Source of the DNA: Gnetum montanum
Lineage: Eukaryota; Plantae; Gnetophyta
DNA length: 64,000 nucleotides
Reading direction: 5' to 3'
Assembly: GCA_015680685.1 (NCBI GenBank)
Contig: MNCI01002140.1
Coordinates: 127,797 to 191,796, forward strand
Numbering within the stretch: the first letter of the stretch is position 1; the number at the start of each line of letters is the position of its first letter. Under the pieces are notes generated by a model that ran no database searches, had not been told where the DNA came from, and saw only the letters and a program-made list of their open reading frames with translations. Both the position numbers and the translations under genes were made by a program. This document shows positions 27,234 to 41,689 of the stretch, piece after piece.

Positions 27234-27966
27234 TAAATCTACTTGCCTTTGTATCTGCATGGACCTCACAAAGATGTTGAATGATGTGTCAACCCTGATT
27301 GGCTAGATCTTGAGCCTAAGAATTTGGTAGACCACATAGACTTAATAAAGAAACCTCTAGAATGGCCTGAAAACCTTATCAAAACCCTTGACTTAGTAGT
27401 GGATGACATAACTAAAGACTCTCTAGTTGAGGTTCCTATCACAACACATAGTGGTAAGGAGAAAACCCTTAAACTAAGTTCCTCACTAGAATCTCAATAT
27501 GCTCAAGACATGACTAAGGTCTTACAAAGCAATGTTAAGGCCTTTGCCTAGTCATCTAAAGATATGCTAGGCCTAGACCCACATTTTTTCTAGCACAACA
27601 TCATACTAGACCCTAGCATTAGACCAATTAAGCAAAAAGTGTGCAAGATTAGACTTGATTTTACCTTAGCAATTCATGATAAAATCTCAAAGCTCTATCA
27701 AGTTGGTTTCATTAAGGTTTTTTATTATGCAGAATGGGTGTCCAACATAGTGGCAATTCCTAAGAAAAATGTAGATATCCACATTTGAATTGATTTTTGA
27801 GACCTAAATAAAGCGACTATCAAAGATGACTTTGCTTTTCCGAGTATTGATCAACTTATCGATACTACGATCAGACATGCCTTATTGTCCTTTATGGATG
27901 GATTCTTAGGATATAGCCAAATCAGGATTAATCTAGAGCACTAACTTAGCATGACCTTCTTGATCC
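27234..27966 (+). pseudogene. Tat-clade RT N-terminus (D1), cut by insertion of D2
   Basis: KAFA*SSKDMLGLDP..EWVSNIVAIPKK..IDF*DLNKATIKDDF..LLSFMDGFLGYSQI. Confidence 0.85.
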
Positions 27967-29657
27967 CAAAACACCACCAAATTTGGGCCATTGCTTCTTG
28001 ACTACAAATTTTTCCAAGTGTCAACACAAGGAAAATTTCTTCTAAGTATTGAGACTATGCTCTCCATTGCTAAGATTATGCTCCAGAGCATAGTCAACGT
28101 AGTTGACATAAGTAATTCAATATTGCAAGATTTTTCTAAGTGTCAACAGTAGCTGCAAATTTCTCTAAGTGTCCAACTATGATCTCACTATTGGGAAAAC
28201 ACTCTAGAGCATAGTCAACATAGTCAGCACACCAATAGCCAGTTTTACAAATTTACCCAAGTGTCAAGGCAAGAGCTATCGAGCTTACTTGGCATGGAAA
28301 AAGTAGTTTGGAAAAATTTCTACCAAAAGCTATCAAGCATGCTTGGCATGGAAGAAACAATTTGGCAAAATTTCTAACTGCTAGATTACACTTCCTACTA
28401 TGCTCTAGAGCGTAGTCTACACAAAGACACTAGTTTTTGTAGGATTTTTTCTAAGTGCCAGACTATGCTCTCACTACCAAGACTATGCTCTAGAGTATAG
28501 TTAGCACTGAACCTCATTTTTTGCAAAATTTATCTAATTTTTGGGACTACGCTCTAGAGCATAGTCAATTTAGTCATGCATAATTACCTCCAGAAGCCTC
28601 TAGAACTCAACATTGGCCCTCATCTCAACTTCAATGCACCTCTGGCAAGCAAGATCAATAATTTGCACTTCTTTTGCATCTCTCCTTTTGCCCCCAAATT
28701 GTACCTATACTCAATACCACTTGAGAGAGTGGACAACATAGTCCCAGAGCATAGTCTCCAAAATTGCACTTTTTTGCATTGTTTTCAGGTATATCATTTT
28801 CTATTTGGCACTTGTAGTCATAGTTTGGTAGTCTCACAGGGTCCACTAGAGCACACTAGTAGAACACCATTTTCTTTAGTGGGACCGTAGTTGGATGCAA
28901 TGTAGTCCCAACTATCAATTTTACATGTGGCACTCAATCCAAAATTCATGGAAATCCTAACCTATAAATACCCCAACATTTTATGTTTTAGGGGTTGGCA
29001 TTTAAAGCATTTAGTTGGAAAATTTGAACATTGGCATTCCTAGCAATCTAGGCATTCGAGTGCACTTGGAATTTTGGCATACTCTGGACTAGGACTTGGC
29101 ACCATTGCACACCATCTAGGGCACTATAAACCATTGCAACCCATGGGACACTACGGTAGGTAACCTTGTAGGCACAAACTTCATGATGGATGCTAGTCTT
29201 TATAGCCCAGACACCCTGAGACTGTGACTATATTGCCTACTATGCTTATTTGTACACCACATACCTCCTCACCTTTCTTGCAATTAACTACACTCCCCTA
29301 TTTAGGGTGGTGCTACTTTCTCTTACTTATTTTCCATGCATTTTTATAATTTTATCTTGCATCTTAGAATTTACTTGCATTTTTTTTATGCACATACTTG
29401 CACGTTGCACTATTGTTTTGCACTAAAACCCTCAATTATGCTCAGCCTAGTTGACATCGTGGATGTTGCAAACACTGTGCAAACCCTTAGCATTCATTTT
29501 GGTGTAACACCCCATAAGTCCTAGTTCGATTGACAAGACTATTCTGGGCACCCCATTTCTGTTTCCAGTAGGCCCTCAAGCAAACTTGGGGTCAAAGCTA
29601 TGCACCTGTGAACCTCTCAGTGTACCATTCCAGCCTTTGACATTTTCAATCACTACA
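27967..29657 (+). repeat. 5' LTR of D2 (~1.7 kb)
   Basis: Starts (CA)AAACACCACC like the F LTR TGAAACACCAC; ends CACTACA before PBS TGGGGCTAAAAGGAGGG; TATA CTATAAATA ~28962; repeated palindrome GACTATGCTCTAGAGCATAGTC. Confidence 0.75.
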
Positions 29658-30279
29658 GTTTTTGGGGCTAAAAGGAGGGCCAATGCCATTTCCTTCTATA
29701 GTATCCCTTGGTTGTTGCCTCACATGCTTTCTCCACCACCATTGCTAGCTCCAAGCTAGTGTAGACCTCACACCCCTATGGACCTACCATGGTAGTAGCT
29801 AAATATCAAGCCAACATAGGAGTTGTTTACAAATTGTTGGTGTAGATTGGATCCTATTGTCAGTTCCCCTAGAAGCCTGCTTGACAACACTAGAGTATGT
29901 ACCTTACGCTTAGCTAAATTTTGGGCACTCAAGAGAGCATAGTTGGCTCTTATTATAGACAACATAGTTGACTCTAGCATAGTGAGTGTGGTCCTAGAGT
30001 TAGCCATTTTTTAAGCAGTTTACACTTAGTCATTTTTTTTTTTACATTTTTTATACTTAGCCATTTTTTCAGTAGTTTTATACTCAACCATTTTTTCTAC
30101 ATTTTCACACTTAGTTGTTTTAGTAGAGTTAGTCTTTTTTCTACCTTTTGCAAATAGCAACTTTTGAGTTTTCCCTTTTAGCATTATGAACACTAAGTAG
30201 CCTTCGACCTTTTCTTCAAGCATAGTTGTTGTCCAACCTATTTAGTAAGAAACCTAGATTGACCATCCTATCAGTCCTA

Positions 30280-33200
30280 TCATGGTAGAATAGAGGTAAT
30301 CCTTTAGGTTGCACAACCTACATCCCAAGTACATGGTGCTCAATGACAAGTAATATAACTTCATTTACATGAAGCTTTAGGTAGGTCTCTCCATAGATCA
30401 CCAAGAAATGAAAGCTAAATGAAGTTTTAAGCTCATAAATTGAAAGGGGAAGGAATACTTCCCCTCCATTGTGGACTTCATTCCACTCATGGAGTCCTAC
30501 GAATGGATGCTTGATAACCTCATTCAAAACATTAGGCATGAGGTAGGGACAAACTATGAGGAGCCCCTGCAAGAGGAGCAAGATGAGTTTGAAGCTCGAT
30601 CTGAGCATGACAACTCTTTCCACACCTCGTTCTAGTAGACAACCTCCACTTTCATTTCTTTGTAGTCTTGCACATATATCTTCTTAGAGATAGTGATATC
30701 CCCAATGTCACCTCCCAAGTCCATGCCAGTGATGGTGACTCACCAAACATAGCACACACACTAGGATGTGTCCCATCCTTTTAGCCTATCCTTTGTCATA
30801 CAACTGCAACAAATTCTATCTTCTATGCCAACAACCATTATGACTATGAAACCTTGTGTTCATACTGTGCACATTCCTTCACCACATATGAATTAGACAT
30901 CATACATCCCACTTGTCGTGTTAGCATCCTTCACAATGGTCCAACCCACAAATACATGGTGGGGCCTAGCCACTATGCCCATGGCACAACCCATACAACA
31001 AGCATTGCACATGGTTGCACAACCTATATCTAGGTTTTTGACCATCCAAATATCATAGCAAGCAACATAACCCACATAGCCTGCTGCAACCTCCCTGAAT
31101 CTAGATCAAGCATTCTATCTTATTTAGACTCTAAATGAAGAAGTCAAGTGGCTCAAGGCCACCTCCTCTAAAATGATTGATGTGATGGACTTCTATCAAG
31201 ATGATCTAATCAGTCTTGTGGTTCCATCACTGACATTGCCTACCAGGGTCCCACTACCCCAATTCACCAAATACAATAGTGAAGAGGACCCAAATGCCCA
31301 TCTTGTGGCCTTACAGTCTGAATGCCTCTTACTACACGCATGACCACATGTTATTATCTATGTGTTTGCCATGTCCCTGATTGGCAGGGTGCTGGATTGG
31401 TACCATGTGCTCCCTAGGACCTCCATTTCTTCTTTGGAGGAATTTCTCAGCTAATTCTTCACATGCTTCAAGTATAACTTGAAGCCTAAGGCAACTCTAG
31501 ATCAGTTGATGCAAATTAAGTAGGGCCACTTAGAGCCCATGCAAAAATGCATTCAACATTGGAGCGCATCACTCAACAAGATCCATAAGCCTATCGTGGA
31601 AACACACTTTTAAAGGTATAGTAAATGACTTCATTACGTCAAAGCTATATTATCTTGCCCCACAATCCTTAAGCCAAACATTTGCTCAAACCAAGAGAAT
31701 TTAGGATGTGATGGAGGCCAGCAAGGACCTAGCCTACATGGCCTATAAAAACTTGCATGCAAAGAAAGACAAGGACAAGGTCAAATATACAACCACAAGT
31801 ATAGTAATGATGGCCAATGAGGCTAAGCCAACCAATGCCAAACCAACAACCAAGCCACCCAAGGCCTTGACCAACAACAATAAGGCTTTTGGCTTTCACA
31901 CTACAACAAGCACCCAACTTGCATCATCAGCAGTCATAGCACTAGCTACCCCAAGGCCAAACTTTGAGTGCAAGGATTGCTCAAAGTATACACCATTTCC
32001 ACTTAAGCTATTAAAGCTTTTGGATTAACTACTTCATGCTAAACACATCTAGTATAAGTAGATGTCTAAGGATGCTTGCAAGTGGCACGATTGATATTGT
32101 GAGCTCCTCAAGAATCCCTCAGCCACACTACTAAATGAGCCTCTAGCCCCTAATAATTTTAGGCTAAACTAATTTTTCCATTATCACCAATTTCCTAGTC
32201 ACAATATAGAATTTTTCATGGCCTTACAGGATGACATACAATGCATGATTGACAAGGGTGAGTTGGTTCTTGATGCAACCAACCTAGTTTGCCCACAAAA
32301 CCAATTAATGAGGGTCTATAAGGATCTTCTCAATGCAAGTGGTGTAGGGTACACCATCAACGCTATTAGTGTTGATGAAAACTCAAAGCTATCATAGGAT
32401 CCATTCATGGTTTGTATGCCTTCTAGTGATGCTAGGGCCCCCTCATCCTCAATCAATTCATGAAATCCTTTTGTTTTCAGAGCATTACCTCAGGCACCCT
32501 TAACATCCTTTGTGATCAAGGTCCTGTAGCATGTTGCAGCAGTAATATCCCAATCACCCTTTGTTATAAGGGTGTTGCAACGTGCAGACTCCCCACCTAC
32601 CAGGAGTTTGGTGGTGGGAAATGCATCAATCCTTACTCACTTGATGCCCCATCCTATAAGAAACATCAATAGGCAATTGAGGTGGCAACTCGGGAGGCCT
32701 AATGAGTGCCTCATTGATAAAATGATTAGGCAACAACTAGAGCAAAGGGTACTAGGCCCACCAAAGCCTTTCTCCTTGTCCTCTATCCCCATGGCCAAAT
32801 CAATCAAGAAGGCCACCATAAGAAACCAACAATAGAGCACTAAGGCTTCAAAACAAGCAAGCCAAGCAAAGCCTAAATCTTCTCCATGAGATATTTTTCT
32901 CTTAGGCTGCATGGAGGAGATGAAGGCCAACAACAAGGTAGTAGATAATGGCAAGGACTTTCTTGACTCATTGGCCTAGGTCAAGAAAGATTTAAAATAA
33001 AAGAACACAACACTAAGCCTATATGACTTGATCATGACCTCCTTCGCTCATTGTGAAGCATTGGTTCACATGTTGACCTCCATTCTTGTTATGGAGGACA
33101 TCCCATTGGATGAACAATCCATCCACACTGTGATGTTACCTCCTAAACCATAGAAACCAAGCTCAATGCCCCTGGCATTATACAATGAGGTGATCAAGGT

Positions 33201-33890
33201 TGACCCTAAGAAAGGTTAGGTCATTACCATGCCAATGTTTATCACGATTTGTGTAAGATAGTGTAGAATCCACAGGGTGCATGTTGATGATGGGGCAACA
33301 ACTAATGTCATCCCATATACCATCATTGACAAACTAGGTCTTGCCAACCAAATTAAACCCACAAATATAATGTGCCTAAATTCCTTCAATGGGTCATGCA
33401 TTATTATAAGGGGAATTGTTACGATAGCCTTTGAAGTAGGAGAACAATTTCCCACCACTATAAAATTCATCATGAATCGAGGAGATGCCTGAATTCAACT
33501 TGATCTTGGGTAGGCCTTGGCTGGCCCAGCTATGGACCATCTCCTCTCCAATCCATCAAGAAATCCACATTCTATATGAAGGTGGTGAGGTTATCATCTA
33601 TGGTGATAATGCAGCCCCTTTGACCATTAGCAACATTGATACAAAACAAGGGTCAGAGGTGGAGTTCCATGATGACATGCCTCCTATGAAGGATGAGGGT
33701 GAAACGTGTGAGGCAAACCAACCTAAGAAATAAAAGGGAGCCACTAACCTCCCAGAGGATGCTTTGTGGATAGAATTTCCTTTTGACATAGCTGATGAAG
33801 GTCAAGGCAAGTACCACATAGTATTGTCTAGGCTCTACGTGCCCCCTAACCCACATGAGGTTAGGAAGCAACTCCATGACTAAGGCATCC
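30280..33890 (+). pseudogene. gag-protease of D2, decayed
   Basis: DFYQDD..FTKYNSEEDPNAHL..LDWY; protease VHVDDGATTNV and FNLILGRPWL. Confidence 0.85.
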
Positions 33891-33927
33891 ACTTAGTCCA
33901 ACATGCACTAGGTACCTACCTACCCCT

Positions 33928-34753
33928 TGAAACAACCCAAAATTCAAAGACATTCTTGCTTCACCAGTCCTTCACAATTCGAACAGCATTATGGTAGTTC
34001 TTTGGGAGATGGATGCTCTAATTTTTAGACTGTCCACTTCAGCAAGTTTTCTAAGTCAAGGAGCCTTGCTATGCTACACTATTCCATGTAGTGTAGAAAA
34101 CTTTAGAAGACATTTGCAAAAGCACAATGCTATGCTATGTGATGCAATGTAGCATAGCATAGCAAAAGCTGGACGACCAGTCCCCTCTCCTAACTTCAAG
34201 TCCTTTGGTATTGTCTCCTTCCATCAGAAAGCAGCGAACTTGGTCGACATCAGGTCATGTTTGATGCTACGCTTAGCTACATGGTGCAGCAAGGTGTACC
34301 AATTCTACAGAAGTTGACAGGAGGCAACTCAAAGGGCGAAATCAGCAAGTTTGCAAGTTCTGTAGTGCAAAAAGGAAAAGTTTACAAATTGGTGATGTTT
34401 TTACGACTAAGGCTAGTCGCTATGCTATGCTATGCTACGTAGCGTAGCATAGCATAGCACACATGCAATGAACAGCCTGCACGTTTCAAAGGCTTTCTAC
34501 ACATGTAGCAAGATGCGTAACAAGATGCTACACTATGCCAACATGCTATGCTACAAAGCATAGCAAAGTGGCAAGCGGTTATGTGACATTAATGCACCTC
34601 ACCTAATTGCACTATTGCTATGACAGCGTAATTACGGTGCGACAGCCCCGTAATCACGGCATGGCAGGCTCGTCCAATGGTCATATAGGCATGTGTAGCA
34701 TAGACAGGTTAGCATAGGCCCAAGGCATGTGGTGTTCAAACCAAATCTTCCAT
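33928..34753 (+). repeat. 5' LTR of E, U3 only
   Basis: Collinear with 43393-~44213, then diverges just before the TATA box; R, U5 and PBS are missing. Confidence 0.85.
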
Positions 34754-34773
34754 ACTATGCTCAACGGCCGATA

Positions 34774-35115
34774 TGACGTAAAGCCTCCGATTGGTGGTTA
34801 ACTTGCCTCCTTCTCACGGTAGCCCTGTAAGCCTTCTGCACCTTGATACACATTAGCATAAAACTGACACCCTTTTGTGGTTGTTTACATGTCGTGTGTT
34901 GTAGATCGGTCTCCTCAACGGTTCCCCGAGAACCCTACAGGATGTAAAGCCTCTGGTTGCTAGTTGACTTGCCTATCTTATGATATTCTTGCATGTGCCC
35001 TGTACCCTATCATGCATTAGCATAAACATGACACCTTTCACAGTTGTTTACGCATCATGTGGTACAAGTTGGTCACCTTGACGGTTCCTCGAGAGCCCAG
35101 CAAGACATAAAGCCT
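34774..35115 (+). repeat. ~165-bp tandem duplication in the E leader (2 copies plus a start)
   Basis: GAYGTAAAGCCT...GGTTCCYCGAGA.CCC repeated from ~34774, ~34941 and ~35104. Confidence 0.75.
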
Positions 35116-35221
35116 TCTTTTTATTGCTAGCCAACTTATTTGCCCTTCTCAGTTGGCAAAATTTCTTAGCTTTCTAATTTTCATGCTTTTCATATTTGCA
35201 AAACTATCCAACTTGATAGCA

Positions 35222-37660
35222 ATGACTTCTACAACTACCGCTATTAACACCTTCAATGTGGAGGTCCCCATCACAGTTCAAGGCACCACTGGTGGCGAAC
35301 AACTGCTGAACCCAACACTGGAAACATGTTGATCCCTCAAGATCCAAAACTGGGGACCTAAGGGCTTGGCCTAGCAACATGAGCGTTACAACTTCCTCTG
35401 TGCGAAGGTATAGGAAAACCTACCTTTGGATGTACACGAACTCGAACATAAACATAGCTTCGAGTTCGCTTACTGCGATGGGAAGGAATTTGTTCCCACT
35501 CCCGGCATCTCCATACCTTTGGCATAGGCAAACCAAAGGCTTTTAGACCAACTAATCTAGTTGGCTAGGCTTAGGGAGCAACAAGACATAGCGTCCAACC
35601 AAGACAATGTCTTTCAGGATGGACAGGAGGAACTCGATTTCCAATCTGACAAGGGAGGTCCAACCAACCCTGTTCTTGTCCCTCCTATCCAATCCTTTTG
35701 GGCCAACCCGTTGTCTGTCACTACTCCCTTTTTCATCATGTCTACACTCCTATAGCCTGCAACTACAACCTCAATGGGTAGCCATGTCACATTCCCAGTG
35801 TATCAATGCCCTTATTCTCCTATTTCATTTGCAGCAACCATGCATCTGCAAACTATTCAAAAATCCATTCTTGTAGCGCATCGCACACCAATCAAGGCTA
35901 CTCTACCACATGTTCATGCTATGCCTTCTTTGCAATCTTACACAACTTCCATTTCGATTCCTACATTCACATCTGTTCCACCCACTATGGTGGGCCTAGG
36001 TCTATCCATGTGGTGGACTCCATTCACTTCTGCGCCTATTCCACAATCATCGTAGATGTCTCACTATGTCTGCCCTCAGAACTACCAAACCTCGCAAATG
36101 GTACAACCTAACATGGGGTTATGGTTTGTTCCGTCGATGACACAAGCAATCCATCTGGCAGCTCAAACCATAGTTGCTACTCCAACAGCACCACCTGTCG
36201 GGTGGTGGATAATGCAAGAAACACCTCTCATGGGGGCTACCCCAATGGTACCGCCGATGGATCACACCACCACCCTCGCCATTCCATAGGTGGGAGCTAC
36301 CTCGGTAGTTCCCCAACTACCTACAACGTCGTAGGGTCTGGACCAAGCGTTCCAGCTCATCCAGACCCTCACTAAGGAAATAAAATACCTTAAGGCTATC
36401 GAGTCCGACACAGTACAAGTCATGGAATTTTACCAGGATGACCCTATTAGCCCTGCAATCCCTACTTTGACATTACCTCCAGGGATGCCTCTCCCACACT
36501 TCATGAAGTATGATGGGGAGGGGGATCCCAACGCACACCTAGTTACCTTTAGGTATGAGTCTCTTTTGTTGCAACAATGGCTGCATATGATCATTCGTGT
36601 CTTTGCCATGTCCCTAGCCGGGAGAGCCTTAGACTGGTATCGCGCGTTGCCATGCTCATCCATTACAATGTTAGAAGAGCTTCTAACCCAGTTCGTGACG
36701 TGCTTCAAGTATAACTTGAAGCCAGAAATCATGCTGGATCAGCTAATGAGTGTGAAGTAGGAACCTCTAGAGTCGGTCTAGAAGTTCATCCAGCGATGGA
36801 GTGTGACCCTTAATGAAATCCGCGAGCCCATCACGGAAGCCCACTTGTTGGCCATCTTTAAAGGTGCAATGAATGACTTTATCAAGTCTAAACTATACTA
36901 CCTTGCCCCTCGCACTATTAGTCAAGTCTTTGCTCAAATTAAGAGCATACAGGTGCGACTGAGACAAGCAAAGACCCAGCCTACATTGCTTACAAAAGCA
37001 ACTTCACAAAGAAGGATAAGGGTAAAGCCCCAACAACCATAGTCGCCACTGTGGCGACTAAGGCCAAGCCATGACCCAGTAACAATGGTAACAAGAGCAA
37101 CAAGAAACCAGTCATACCCATAGCTAACCCCATGCCCAAGCAGGGCAACATGTCGCAACCTCCGATTTCCACACTTGAGACATCTGCACAACCCAAGCCA
37201 AACTTTGAGCGCAAAGATCGCTCAACGTACACCCCGTTGCCTCTCAAGCCTTTAGAACTTTTGAAGCAGGTATTGGTAGTAGGGCACATGCAATACAAGA
37301 AAATGTTGCAAGAAGCCATCAACAGACATCAATGCTGATTATGTCATCAACGCCATCGGAATTGACAATGATCCTAGGCCACCCCAGTGACCATTCATGA
37401 TCCGTGTGCCTCAGCATAGTGCTTCAACACCACGAGCGGCTTACCAAAGCCCACCATGACCGTTTGTTCTAAAATTTCCTCCACAAGCATCCATCTCTGC
37501 CGCACCTGTTGAAACAAGACAAAAATTTGGGCCTAACACTTTTGGACAAGAATCGAGCTAAGTCATGCTGGTTCCTAGCATGAACAAAACCCGTGAGCTT
37601 CACAAGCAGCACCAAACAGAGTCGAATCAAGCAAGTAAAAGTTCCTCGAGATCCATTGGA
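35222..37660 (+). pseudogene. gag of E, decayed and truncated
   Basis: MEFYQDDP..KYDGEGDPNAHL..RALDWY..KYNLKP (36422-36760). Confidence 0.85.
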
Positions 37661-37671
37661 GACTACATCAA

Positions 37672-39149
37672 CATCTAGCATAAATAACTGCAAGTTTCAA
37701 ACTCAAAACACTTAGTTTTGACTAAGTATACTTCTTGCACATAGGCCTGCACACCCAGCGTGCAGCCCAGAGTGTAGCTTAGTGTGCAGCCCAGCATGCA
37801 GCTCAACATGCAGCAACTTTTAGGCCCCAAAAATGAGCCAAAGCATGCTAGAATTGAGTGTTTGGACCCCCCAAGACCTTCACCAGGGTTCCCAGTAGCT
37901 CTCAGGCACCTGAAAATCAAATTTTGGGCTTCAAATGATGGGTTTTCATTCATACATGTCTAGCGTGTACACCCAGTGTGCACCATCAAGGATCCCTCAG
38001 AACAGGCACCCCAGAACAAGATCTCCACCTACAATTGACTCTCAGAGGCAATAAAATTATCAGGCATCATCCCAGGCTCCCAAAAATGGAGATTCAACCT
38101 CAAAATGATGCACTTCCATGACCTATATGATGAGCATACATAGTCTGCACGCCCAGTGTGCACGCTCAGCGTGCATAACCAAAAGCGAGGTCAATTGGGT
38201 GATTCAGCCAACCTGCACGCTGACCTGCATGCCCAGCATGTACGCCTAGTGTGCAACACAGCTTACACTAGTTGAAGCCTTCCAAAAACATGTCAGATCA
38301 AGTCCAAATGAGCTAAAAATCCATAGGCAGCATTCTCATGACATTAGAGCCCAAATCCAAGGGCCAAGTTCAAGATTTTCTATTGTAACAGTAGTGTTCA
38401 TTTATAAAGTTTAATTCTTTTGTGTTGGTCAAATCTATAAGCTGGGTTCACACGCCCAGCGTGTACACGTTGGCATACAACACGCTGTACAGTTGTAACA
38501 TTCTTTGCACTCGGGAAACACAGCCACATGTCATCTGACTCGAAATTTTCTCACCCATGGCCATTCATACCCTTCCAAATCTGAATCTAATGCCCAAGAT
38601 CTCATAAAAACCCCAATTTTTCACTAGATCAGGGGTTGCAATTTTTGACAAAACAGAGACAAAAAAAGGGGAACCGGGGACACTGGGCAAATATCTGTGC
38701 GCTGACCATATAGCCTTCACACTGTGCCTGCAGTCCAAACAAGCATACCATCATCCCTCCGCATCCACCGAGGCTCTTCATCCACCTTGTGTCAGATCCA
38801 CAATTGCGTTTAGACCGGTGCACTATAATCTCCATTTTACAATAAAGTTGCTTCATTTTTTGTCAAGATTTTTTACAGTGTTCATTCATTCTTGTTTACC
38901 TTTTGCTTATATTTCTACACATTTATGCTCTAGTTTATGTTTATTGCACTATTTACAAATAACCCAGCTTATTGCATATTCATACGTTTGGGGAAATCCT
39001 TGTCTGATCCACATGTGGACCACCCAAGGTACTCTACCTTCATCAGTTCCAGGTCAACCTCAAGCGATGGTAGGGTCTTCTGTGCCTATCTGTAGATCTC
39101 TCGGTGTCCGTTCCATTCCAGCCTCGCACTGATGATCTCAGACAGTACA
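37672..39149 (+). repeat. 5'-truncated LTR of an F-related element (G) inside E
   Basis: Collinear with the F LTR from ~45690; ends GACAGTACA, followed by PBS TGGCGCTAGAAGGAGGG at 39155-39171. Confidence 0.8.
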
Positions 39150-39440
39150 GAAAATGGCGCTAGAAGGAGGGCCTCTCATTGCTTAAATATACTCTAATCC
39201 ACCATAGATCTCTTCAAATCCGCTAGTCCATCTCATAGATCTGCTCCTTGTGATCCTAGATCTACAATCGATTTTCTCAAATTTAGACACTGTCAGCATA
39301 GATCTGATTTTGAACCTTTTAGATCTGCGCCCTGTTCAGCCAGATATGCTGTAATCTTAGCGTGTATATGCTTCCTAGCCTATCTGCACATTGTCCAATC
39401 TGCATGCTATCCACTCAGTCTGCACGCTGCCAGACTTAGG

Positions 39441-39652
39441 TGTACGCTGTGTAGACAAGCCTACACATTGAGGGTGTATGCTGTGTAGACAAGCCTGCAC
39501 GTTGAGGGTGTACGCCGATTAGAAAAGCCTGCACGTTGAAGGTGTACGCTGTGTAGACAAGCCTGCACGTTGAAGGTGTACGCTATGTAGACAAGCCTGC
39601 ACGCTGAGGGTGTACGCTGTGTAGACAAGCCTGCACACTAAGGGTGTATGCT
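39441..39652 (+). repeat. 34-bp tandem repeat, ~6 copies, in the leader of G
   Basis: Unit TGTACGCTGTGTAGACAAGCCTGCACGTTGAGGG. Confidence 0.9.
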
Positions 39653-39746
39653 AACAAGTATACCCATTTTGTACTTGGCCAAATTTTCACCTGTACACGC
39701 TGACACTGTCTTCCATATACCTTGTTATACTTAGGACCTTTTCATC

Positions 39747-41680
39747 ATGAATACTGCCAATACCAATGTTTCAAGAAAGCCCACTTCAGATATCCTTAGC
39801 CCCACAGCAATGCTAATACCCATCATACAACCCATAGGGGCCCATGGTGAGGTCAACCCTTGGGGGGAACCTCACCGATCTCTTAGATTGCAAGGGAAGA
39901 ATCCATCATTTAATGTCATAACATAAGAACAGTATAATTTTATATGTGTAAAGATCCAAGCTGGTTTGGTAGTAGATCAAACTGAACAGGAGGCTAAGAA
40001 ATAGTATGAACTGATTCATAAGGGAGAACATGAGTTCATCCCCTCCCCATATGACATCATCCCTTTTCCAGAGCACTACTCTGAGCTCATCTCACAGTTC
40101 CTAGTAAGGAGTCAGTCTCTGGACCAGTCCATAGTAAATCCTCAATTAGAAGAGGAGGATGACTTTGCGGCTTAGTCCGAACACGAGGATTCGTACCATA
40201 CTCTCAGTCCGCATACTTACGTGAACCCATTATTTCACCCTTTCACAAGGGAGACTATGTTCCTCCATTCATTTAAAATCACGCAAGCACATGTACCTCA
40301 ACAGGAAGCATCCACTCTTATTCCCACTCTCCCTGTGACCGATACTCAATTCAATATACCCATCCCCACTATTCCTCCCATCACCATGTTACCCCCTCTC
40401 TTACAAGCACAACCCCAACAACACCCCCCCTCAAGCTAATGTAGGAATGACCTTCCCACCCCAAGTGATTGGGATGTCGTCTGTGATACCTGCTTCTACA
40501 TCTGCTCACTATATACCACGAATTCAAACCCAAGGGACATCCTTCACCACTTCAACTCAATAAGTTCAGGGTGTTCCCTCACAAATCATGACTGGACAGT
40601 GGGCTATGACTGGCATGCAACCACATCAACCCCCTCATTACAACATACCACCTCCTACAATTCCACCCATGAACATCCCTCAAGTACAACAGCAACAATA
40701 ACAACAACCCTTTCCTTACAGTATGCCACCCTTAGTAGCACCTACCATGAATATTCCACAAGCGCAACCTCCAACCACTCAACTTTCTTCTTTCCCGCCC
40801 ATCGCACAACAATCTAACTTCCATACTACACAACATAACCAACCTGCCATTTCACCTGGCGCCCAAGACTGGGACAAAGCTAAAAGGATAATGCAAGAAC
40901 TCACTGATGAGGTAAGATACCTTAAAATGGCCAACAATGAAGAACTTAAAGTATTAGACTTTTACCAAGATGATCCTATTAGCTCTTCAGTGCCACCATT
41001 AACCCTGCCCAAAGGAGTTTCTTTGCCTCAACTAACCAAATACAACGGGGAAGGAGATCCCAATGCCCATTTGGTCACATTTAGACTAGAATGTTTATTG
41101 CTTCAGGCATGGCCCCATGCAATCTTACGTGTTTTCGCCATGTCCCTCACTGGCAGAGCATTAGATTGGTACCGAGCCTTGCCTCATAACTCCGTATCCT
41201 CTTTGGAGGATCTCTTACATTAGTTCGTTACCAGGTTTAAATACAACCTGAAACCTGAAGCAACCTTGGATAGTCTAATACAGGTTAAACAAGCACTGCT
41301 TAAACCAATACAGAAATTTATTCAGAGATGGAGTGCTGCGCTAAACAAACTTCATGAACCAATCCCCAAAACATACTTACTCACCATCCTAAAGGGAGCT
41401 GTAAATGATTTCATGAAATCTAAACTATACTATTTAAATGTGCACACTCTAAGCCAATCTTTCGTGCAAATAAAGAACATAGAAGAGGCGGCCCAAAATA
41501 GCCATGATCCTACTTACTTAGTCTTTAAAAATCAACATACTAAAAAAGACAAAGAAAAGGCTAAGGAAATAGTAGTAGCAGTAGTAGAAACTCAACAAAC
41601 AAGTACGAGGCAACAAGGTAAACCACCTACTGCCCCTACTAGCTATACTAGACCTGGCCCCAATACTACACCTAGACTGT
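39747..41680 (+). pseudogene. gag of G (F-like), truncated
   Basis: Highly similar to 47600-49380 (LKVLDFYQDDP..KYNGEGDPNAHL..). Confidence 0.85.
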
Positions 41681-41689
41681 CCACATCAC

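Larger units (their letters stand above)
21481..27966 (+). mobile_element. Element D1: fragment of a Tat-clade element (PR-RT spacer plus start of RT)
   Basis: Leads into RT sequence homologous to 54600-55230; carries the family motif array at 26083; left boundary approximate; no LTR or gag seen. Confidence 0.6.
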
